Origin: Candidatus Caenarcanales bacterium
Lineage (GTDB): Bacteria > Cyanobacteriota > Vampirovibrionia > Caenarcaniphilales > Caenarcanaceae
Reading direction: 5' to 3'
NCBI GenBank assembly: GCA_947489925.1
Contig: CANLFK010000001.1
Span: 1 to 38,469 of the forward strand
DNA length: 38,469 nt
Shown here: in pieces, positions 10,045 to 16,412 of the stretch
Layout of the letters: each line of letters opens with the position of its first letter
Numbering within the stretch: the first letter of the stretch is position 1
Translations under genes and position numbers: made by a program
The notes under the pieces: model-generated
The model's input: the letters and a program-made list of their open reading frames with translations, nothing else
What the model was told of the DNA's origin: nothing
Databases searched by the model: none

Positions 10045-10059
10045 ACTTCTTATAGCCAA
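10030..10059 (-). promoter_or_regulatory. Candidate sigma-70 promoter for carB (-35 TTGGCT, 18-nt spacer, -10 TAAAAT)
   Basis: The minus strand reads TTGGCT-ataagaagtaaatcaaag-TAAAAT about 60 nt upstream of the carB ATG. This rests on motif matching only. Confidence 0.25.
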
Positions 10060-10098
10060 AAAGAGTTGATAGCATTAGCTGAGGTATTTCTATTCTTT

Positions 10099-10260
10099 GT
10101 TTAATGCTTGAGCATTCTGTTCAGTCATTACTTTTTCTCTTTCATTAAAAGTTGCATTTGGTGGTAAACCTAATTGTTTGTTTAATGCTTGAGCATTCTG
10201 TTCAGTCATTACTTTTTCTCTTTCATTAAAAGTTGCATTTGGTGGTAAACCTAATTGTTT
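10099..10260. repeat. Tandem repeat, 2 perfect units of 81 bp, with a degenerate partial third unit to about 10286
   Basis: Unit 1 (10099-10179) is identical to unit 2 (10180-10260). Each unit encodes the 27-aa repeat QLGLPPNATFNEREKVMTEQNAQALNK on the minus strand. Confidence 0.9.
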
Positions 10261-10322
10261 ATTTACTGTTTGAGCATTCTCCTTGTCTTGAATGAACACT
10301 TTATCATTTTTAGGTTGAGATT

Positions 10323-10330
10323 CCCCCCCC
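10323..10330. repeat. C8 (G8 on the coding strand) homopolymer
   Basis: ttCCCCCCCCgtttt. I noticed no other G/C run of comparable length in the window. Confidence 0.9.
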
Positions 10331-10465
10331 GTTTTCAACTTTAGTATTGCTTCGCGCTGTTAAGGTTTGTGAAATTTTCATATTCATTGTTTTATTGTTT
10401 GATTAAGTACATAAGTATTAACTTATCATAAAGTTTAGGTAAAAGTAAAGTTAAGAACAAAGATA

Positions 10466-10490
10466 GTTTTCTTGACTAATTTTACTTTAA
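10466..10490 (-). promoter_or_regulatory. Third, partial copy of the repeat core (CTTGACTAATTTTACTTT), upstream of the small repeat-protein gene. Possible promoter or operator.
   Basis: Positions 10471-10488 are identical to 10022-10039 in copy A and differ by 1 mismatch from 12428-12445 in copy B. On the minus strand the motif contains TAAAAT. Confidence 0.3.
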
Positions 10491-10540
10491 ATTTAATTAA
10501 TAGGTTTACTGGGAAGTTTTACGACTTTTTAGTCTGGATT

Positions 10541-11635
10541 TTATTCAATTTGATTTAAGAAATTAATTAAGCTTTTCCCGATTGCATAACCTAAGTTTAC
10601 AGGGACAGCATTTCCAATTTGCTTGTATTTAGAAGACATTGAACCTATGAATTCCCAATCATCTGGAAAAGTTTGAATGCGTGCGTATTCCCTAACTGTT
10701 AAAGGTCTTGTTTCGTCTGGATGGCATCTTTCAGTTTGATTTTGAGAAGGTGAACAAGTTAAAGTTAAAGATGGTTCTTGCCAAGATAATCTTCTAGCCA
10801 TGCCCGTTTTGCCACCGCCCATAAAATAACTTTTTTTCATATATTGTCTTTGTATTTCGTCTGGTAAATTTCTCCAATAACCACCAGCTGGAACTAAATC
10901 TAAAACTTTTTTCTTATTGATTGGATATTTTGCACCCTCTGAAAGTGGAACATCGCAATTATATAGATCACCTTTTTTTAGAGCATCTTTTAAATTCATC
11001 ATTTGGCTATAAGCTTTAGGCCACACAAATTCGCCTTTTTCAGCCAAATCTTGACGAATACCAATAATAATTAATCTTTCTCTTTTTTGCGGCACTTTAT
11101 AATTAACTGCTCTCAATAATTGAGGTTCAAGCACCAAATAACCAATATTTTCAAGCACTGATTTCATGGTTTCTAAAGTTTTTCCATCATCATGATTTAA
11201 TAAACCTCTAACATTTTCGCCCAGAAAAACTTTTGGCTGGGTTTCCTTGACAGCTCGGGCAAATTCAAAAAATAAAGTTCCTCTAATATCTTCAAAACCT
11301 AATTTGTTGCCAGCGTACGAAAAAGCCTGACAAGGAAAACCGCCTGAAATTATATCTACTTTGTGCAAAAACTCTGAAAAATCAATTTGAGAGATGTCTT
11401 TTTCTAAAATATTCCATTCAGGGCGATTATGAGCCAAAGTTTTACAAGCATCTTTATTTATTTCATTAAGTAAAATATGCTTAAATCCAGCCTTTTCAAA
11501 ACCCAAAGCCAAACCGCCAGCCCCAGCAAATAATTCAATTGAAGTAAAATCTTTAATTGGCAAAACTGATTCAATCTCTAAAGTGAAAATATTTTCTATT
11601 TTATTAGTGTTTGGTTTAAACAATAGTTGTTGCAT
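10541..11635 (-). CDS. DNA (cytosine-5)-methyltransferase, Type II
   Basis: All the classic motifs are present: I ELFAGAGGLALGF, IV GGFPCQAFS, VI ENVRGL, VIII QKRERLIIIG, and IX/X REYARIQTFPDDW and GNAVPVNL. Confidence 0.92.
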   Translation of the reverse strand: MQQLLFKPNTNKIENIFTLEIESVLPIKDFTSIELFAGAGGLALGFEKAGFKHILLNEINKDACKTLAHNRPEWNILEKDISQIDFSEFLHKVDIISGGFPCQAFSYAGNKLGFEDIRGTLFFEFARAVKETQPKVFLGENVRGLLNHDDGKTLETMKSVLENIGYLVLEPQLLRAVNYKVPQKRERLIIIGIRQDLAEKGEFVWPKAYSQMMNLKDALKKGDLYNCDVPLSEGAKYPINKKKVLDLVPAGGYWRNLPDEIQRQYMKKSYFMGGGKTGMARRLSWQEPSLTLTCSPSQNQTERCHPDETRPLTVREYARIQTFPDDWEFIGSMSSKYKQIGNAVPVNLGYAIGKSLINFLNQIE

Positions 11636-12373
11636 TTAAAAATCTCCAAAGCCTTCATATTTATTAAAAGCCAATAAATAAATACTTTTTTCCAAATTAG
11701 AACTTATTTCTTTAAATTCGTTTACTACTGTATTCAGGGACTGTGTAGATTTAGTTTCTTTTAAAACATCATCAATAATTGTGGGTAAGGACTTACATAA
11801 TTTTTGAAAAGCTAATTTATCACCCGTTACTAATTCATAAAATTTATCGATCGAAACTTTTCTAATTCTATTATCTGAAACCAAATTACCATCTAAAGAT
11901 ACTTTCCAAGCTTCATTTTGGCTTTTCTTTGCAATGACTTCAACTAAAAAACATTGAGCTTGAGAATTTTTTAATAATATATTTTGCATTCTCATAAAAG
12001 TTTTTTGAGCAGAGGATGAATTCATTGTATTGTGCTTATTTTTCAGCTCAACAAAAATACTCAATTTCTCATTTATAATATCAAATCCTTGCTTTGGAAC
12101 AGACCAGTCTTTGTTTATATATTTAAATATATTCTGGTGAAAATAACCAATATGATTATTATTAGATTTATCTATTTGTCTTAAAATTTCGCTCTCAATT
12201 ATATCTTCTAGCTTTTTAGAATAAACTTTTGAATCAAATGTTAGCTTAATTGGATCAATCAGGTTTTTATTAAATTCTTTGAGATTTATACTAAATCGAT
12301 ACTTAGAGACAATACTCCGAACATGATTAAATATCTTTTCATCTTCAATAAAACCTAAATTATATTTTGGCAT
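11636..12373 (-). CDS. Putative Type II restriction endonuclease, partner of the C5-methyltransferase
   Basis: Its stop codon abuts the methyltransferase start (TAAATG). A PD-(D/E)xK-like motif reads GFDIINEKLSIFVELKNK. The sequence vaguely recalls the Eco47II/Sau96I family, but I cannot verify that. Confidence 0.6.
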   Translation of the reverse strand: MPKYNLGFIEDEKIFNHVRSIVSKYRFSINLKEFNKNLIDPIKLTFDSKVYSKKLEDIIESEILRQIDKSNNNHIGYFHQNIFKYINKDWSVPKQGFDIINEKLSIFVELKNKHNTMNSSSAQKTFMRMQNILLKNSQAQCFLVEVIAKKSQNEAWKVSLDGNLVSDNRIRKVSIDKFYELVTGDKLAFQKLCKSLPTIIDDVLKETKSTQSLNTVVNEFKEISSNLEKSIYLLAFNKYEGFGDF

Positions 12374-12450
12374 TTTAAATGTTGAATCTCAATTCAGTAA
12401 AAATAAAACAAATTAATTTCTAATTTCCTTGCCTAATTTTACTTTGATTT
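12365..12450. repeat. Direct repeat copy B (~86 bp), providing the leader and the first 3 codons (MPK) of the endonuclease gene
   Basis: See copy A at 9958-10044. Both copies end in TTTTGGCAT, which is ATGCCAAAA on the minus strand. Confidence 0.8.
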
Positions 12451-12614
12451 CTTTCTCTATCGTAAAAATAAAAATAAGTTTGATTATTTGTTAAAATATA
12501 AATCAGCAAAAAGCTTATGAATACATGGAAAACCCAAAAAATTTCAGTTGAATTACTGGAAAGTGTTTTGCCGATTAATGAATCATTTTCTTTGGAATAG
12601 TATAAATTTTTAAT

Positions 12615-13952
12615 ATGAACAACTTAACTCAAACTCACGAAAATAATATTTTAGAATTAGCGATTATTGGCGGAGGAATTTCGGGCTTAAGTGCGGCTTT
12701 AAAAGCGAAAAAAGAGAGTGTTAATTTTGCTTTATTTGAATCCGAAAGTTGCTTGGGCGGTTGTATGCAAACTACTTTGCTAGATGATGAATTTGTGGCT
12801 GAACTTGGTCCAAATAGTTTTAGCTGGGGCGAGGCTTGGCAAGAAATTTTAAATACTTTAGAACTTAAACCTTTATTACAAAATCCAGAAGCCAAGCAAA
12901 AATTAATTTATGCCAATGGAGCTTTATATCCAGCCAGTAATCCTTTGACTTTATTTTTTAGTGATTTTATTAGTTTAAAGACTAAATGGGCAATTTGTAG
13001 CGAAATATTTAAAACAAGACCCGATAATTCACCATCAGAAGAAAGTATTAAAGATTTTTTTACTCGTAGATTTAATGCTGAATTTGTTAGTAAATTAATT
13101 GTGCCTTTAATTAGTGGAATTTATGCTGGAAATATTAGTAAACTATCGATGAGAGCGGTTTTTCCACTTTTAGCCGAGCTCGAACAAAAGCATAAATCTC
13201 TTATTTTGGGTTTTTTGATTAATAGTTTTAAATCCAAAACAAAAAAACTTAAACGAACAATTAACTCTTTTGATGGTGGATTTAAAGATTTAATTTTGGC
13301 TTTTAAAACTTATTTGGGCGAAGAAAATTTATATTTAAATCACAAATTAAATAGTTTAAAACAAAATAATAATATTTGGGAATTACACTTTGAGAGCGGT
13401 AAAATTATTAAAGCCAAAAATATAGTTCTCTCAATTCCAGCTTACCAAGCGGCTAAAATTTTACCTGAATATTTGGCTGATTTAAATCAAATTGAATATG
13501 CACCAATTATTACAATTACCGTTTGGCTCAAGGAAAGTAGCTTAAGCGAAAAAGACAAGCAAATTTATTTTAAATCATTTGGTTTTTTAAAAGCGGAAAA
13601 TGAAAATATTAATTTATTAGGTTTAATTTTTAATTCGGCTTTATTTCCTAATCGTTCTCCAGCAGATTATGTTTCAGGTACAGCTTTTCTGGGTGGTAAT
13701 TTTATTAATGAAAGCCAAATCGAAATTGAAAATATTGTCAAAAAAGACTTACTCAAAATTTTTAGCTCATTGAATGAAAATAGTATTGAAATTAAATTTA
13801 TAAAAAGCTGGATTCGAGGAATACCACAATATAATTTGGGACATTCAGCTTTAATCACAAAAGTAAAAAACCAATTACCTGATTCAATCAAATTAGTTGG
13901 TAATTATTTAACTGGAATATCACTCGAAGAAACTATCAAAAGTACATTTTAA
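12615..13952 (+). CDS. hemY: Protoporphyrinogen oxidase (HemY type, FAD-dependent)
   Basis: N-terminal dinucleotide-binding motif LAIIGGGISGLSAA. The segment GIYAGNISKLSMRAVFPLLAELEQKHKSLI resembles the conserved PPO block. The length is 445 aa. Confidence 0.75.
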   Translation: MNNLTQTHENNILELAIIGGGISGLSAALKAKKESVNFALFESESCLGGCMQTTLLDDEFVAELGPNSFSWGEAWQEILNTLELKPLLQNPEAKQKLIYANGALYPASNPLTLFFSDFISLKTKWAICSEIFKTRPDNSPSEESIKDFFTRRFNAEFVSKLIVPLISGIYAGNISKLSMRAVFPLLAELEQKHKSLILGFLINSFKSKTKKLKRTINSFDGGFKDLILAFKTYLGEENLYLNHKLNSLKQNNNIWELHFESGKIIKAKNIVLSIPAYQAAKILPEYLADLNQIEYAPIITITVWLKESSLSEKDKQIYFKSFGFLKAENENINLLGLIFNSALFPNRSPADYVSGTAFLGGNFINESQIEIENIVKKDLLKIFSSLNENSIEIKFIKSWIRGIPQYNLGHSALITKVKNQLPDSIKLVGNYLTGISLEETIKSTF

Positions 13953-13982
13953 GTATTGTGCAAAAATACATTAATTTGAAAA

Positions 13983-14059
13983 TGGGGCAGACGACGGGAC
14001 TCGAACCCGCGAAAACCGGAACCACAATCCGGAGCCTTAACCACTAGGCAACGTCTGCC
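13983..14059 (-). tRNA. tRNA-His (GTG) with encoded G-1 and CCA
   Basis: The reverse complement folds as G-1, GCAGACG, TT, GCCT-AGTGGTTA-AGGC, CCGGA-TTGTGGT-TCCGG, GCGGG-TTCGAGT-CCCGT, CGTCTGC, C73, CCA. Confidence 0.9.
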
Positions 14060-14239
14060 AAATCACTTTTTTAATTAAGAGCAAATAAGCTTTCAGAATT
14101 TTAACAGATTTTCTCAAATACCGTACAAAAATAAAAACAAAATAATTTAGAAATCAAACTCAGCTTTTTTTAGAGAATTATAAAGTTTTAACTCTGGCTT
14201 GAAAGTATAATTATAAGAACAAAAACACGAAATAAAAAA

Positions 14240-15547
14240 TTGACTAATTGGCATTTAAAATTCTCGCTCAAACGGACTTTTGGAGAATTGAAAATTGATA
14301 TTAAATCAGACTCTCTTAAATTATTAGAATTAGAAATTGGCTTAGGAGAACTTGAAAAATTAACTCATAATCGTCTTAGAAGAGTAATTCATAAAGCCTT
14401 GCAATTTTTGCGTTCTCAGAAAGCTATTATTGAGTCAATTGATTTAAAAACTATAAAAAATAAATTTTCGACAGATTTTATTATCACAAGCTTATTTGAA
14501 GCCAATTATGTTTTTAATAAATATAGCCCTAATAAGTTTCCAGTCGCAGATTTTAGCCATTTAAAAACAAATTTAAATACTGAAAAACAAATTATTTTAA
14601 ATTCAATTAATTTCTGCAAAGATTTAATTAATGAACCCGCTAATATTATGACTCCTTTGGCTTTAGCTGAAGCGGCTCAAAAATTAAGCAACAAAAATTT
14701 ACAAGTCAAAGTTTTAAATTCCGCTGAATGTCAAGATTTAGGTCTAAATACTTTTTTGGCTGTCTCTCAAGGGGCTGCGGCTAAGCCTTATTTAATTGAA
14801 TTCACTTATAATAATTCCAGTTCAGACGAATATATCGGACTAATTGGTAAAGGTTTAACTTATGATACTGGCGGACTGAGCTTAAAACCGAATAAATATA
14901 TGTATGGAATGAAAAGTGATATGTCTGGTGCGGCTGTCATTATGGGCATTTTCAAAGCTTTATCTGAATTAAATTGGTCAGTTTCCGCTAAGGGCTTGAT
15001 TTTGGCTTGTGAAAATTCTTTTGATGCAAATTCATTTAGACCAGGCGATATTATTAAAACCTTAAGCGGAAAAACCGTTGAAATAGTTGATACAGACGCA
15101 GAAGGTCGCTTGGTTTTAGCCGATGCTTTAACTTATTTCAGTCAGCAAAAAGAAATTAATAAAATTATTGATTATGCCACTTTGACTGGTTCTTGTGCGG
15201 CAACACTTGGCGATAAAGCGGCTGGAGCTTTTACTAATAATAATAGTTTCTTGAAAGAATTTGGTTTAGCTTCCGCTCTGACTGGTGAAGAAATTTGGCA
15301 ATTACCCATGTTTGAAGAATATAAAACAGATCTAGAAAGTTCTTGTGCAGATTTACTACAATGTGCTGGGCTTCCAGATGCAAGTTTAGCGGCTTTATTT
15401 CTGCAAGAGTTTATAATGGATAAAAAACCTTGGCTTCATTTGGATATTGCTGGAGTTGCTTATTTAGACGAGAAAGATGACTATTATGAAATGGGACCGA
15501 CTGGCTGGGGAATTTGGAGTACTTTGCAATATTTAAAGCCAAATTAA
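14240..15547 (+). CDS. pepA: Leucyl aminopeptidase (M17 family)
   Basis: NEPANIMTP, GKGLTYDTGGLSLKP and VDTDAEGRLVLADAL are present. The apparent start is TTG and its exact position is uncertain. Confidence 0.9.
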   Translation: MTNWHLKFSLKRTFGELKIDIKSDSLKLLELEIGLGELEKLTHNRLRRVIHKALQFLRSQKAIIESIDLKTIKNKFSTDFIITSLFEANYVFNKYSPNKFPVADFSHLKTNLNTEKQIILNSINFCKDLINEPANIMTPLALAEAAQKLSNKNLQVKVLNSAECQDLGLNTFLAVSQGAAAKPYLIEFTYNNSSSDEYIGLIGKGLTYDTGGLSLKPNKYMYGMKSDMSGAAVIMGIFKALSELNWSVSAKGLILACENSFDANSFRPGDIIKTLSGKTVEIVDTDAEGRLVLADALTYFSQQKEINKIIDYATLTGSCAATLGDKAAGAFTNNNSFLKEFGLASALTGEEIWQLPMFEEYKTDLESSCADLLQCAGLPDASLAALFLQEFIMDKKPWLHLDIAGVAYLDEKDDYYEMGPTGWGIWSTLQYLKPN

Positions 15548-16245
15548 TCCCAAGTATCCCAAATTGTTCCAAATTTTTCATGTTCTGGCTTCTTTCCAGC
15601 TAAAGCATGAGCTATAAAACTCATAATTTTGCCCATAAAAGTATTAGGTTTTGTATTATTTTTCAAAGCTTCATTAGCGGCTTTTACTTGTGAGCCTAAA
15701 GTTGTAGGTAAATTACAATAACCATAAAAATTCCCATTGATTTCAGGATTAGGCTTTATTCTTGGTAACATAGGTATTATTGATCCGTTTTTCAATTTAC
15801 GGACTGGCAATTCTAAAGTATGTCCACTATAAAATGCCGCCCTGACCATTGATTCTCGGCTATTAAGCATTGATTTTATTCCTTCAGTGTCATTATGTGG
15901 TGTTTGTTCAAACATAGTTTGCCCGACTCTTTCATTCACAAAAGGAGCTGGAAATAAATCACCTATGACAAGCGGCTCAAACATTGTGTCACTGGGCAAA
16001 TTATTTGCTGGATCTCTTTCAAAGAGAGGGTTAATGTTGGTATTCCAGCTTTCTCTGTAAACTCCTTCTAATTCTGCTTGGCAAGGCATTAATCTCAATG
16101 CTCTCGTTCGAGCACCAACAAGGTTTTCACATACCATTCCGTTTATCGGTATAACGCCATTATGCTCCGAAAAATCATGCATTGGAAAAGATCCAGGTGG
16201 CATTTCTTTGCAATTACCTTTTACAGTTGCTTTGCTCTCAACCAA
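15544..16245 (-). CDS. Hypothetical protein, orphan, with a composition unlike its neighbours
   Basis: The 233-codon ORF starts at a TTG preceded by GGGTGAG. The first ATG is at 16203. The frame stays open without ATG, GTG or TTG up to 16383. I recognised no family. Confidence 0.4.
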   Translation of the reverse strand: MVESKATVKGNCKEMPPGSFPMHDFSEHNGVIPINGMVCENLVGARTRALRLMPCQAELEGVYRESWNTNINPLFERDPANNLPSDTMFEPLVIGDLFPAPFVNERVGQTMFEQTPHNDTEGIKSMLNSRESMVRAAFYSGHTLELPVRKLKNGSIIPMLPRIKPNPEINGNFYGYCNLPTTLGSQVKAANEALKNNTKPNTFMGKIMSFIAHALAGKKPEHEKFGTIWDTWD

Positions 16246-16412
16246 AGTCTCACCCGTTTTAATATTTATTAATGAGTGAGTAGTCGTGATGGAGTAGCAT
16301 CCTTCAGTACTGACAATAGTCTGAGAACCTATTAGCCCTTTAGCGTGAAGTTTTTGCAGTTCTTGTCCTAGCAGAGTTCTTGATTATCCTCTAGTTTGTA
16401 TATTCAAAATAC

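Larger units (their letters stand above)
10090..10387 (-). pseudogene. Small repeat-containing protein gene, frameshifted (or phase-OFF) at a G8 tract. The tracked 82-aa ORF is 10090-10338.
   Basis: The ATG at 10387 opens a 25-codon frame (MNMKISQTLTARSNTKVENGGGIST*) that ends just after the homopolymer. The downstream 82-aa frame is +1 relative to it. A G7 or G10 tract would fuse the two into a protein of about 98 aa. Confidence 0.45.

Noticed and set aside
10099-10286. The tandem repeats might be a CRISPR array.
   Set aside because: The units are contiguous, with no spacers. They are 81 bp long, lie in frame within an ORF, and no cas genes are nearby.
12635-13891. ORFs antisense to hemY (12635-12895, 13667-13891).
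   Set aside because: These are shadow ORFs within a supported gene.
14100-14160. An A-rich stretch (GTACAAAAATAAAAACAAAATAATTTAGAAAT) resembles part of the carB/R-M direct repeat.
   Set aside because: The similarity is confined to low-complexity A/T runs with several indels. It cannot be distinguished from chance in this genome.
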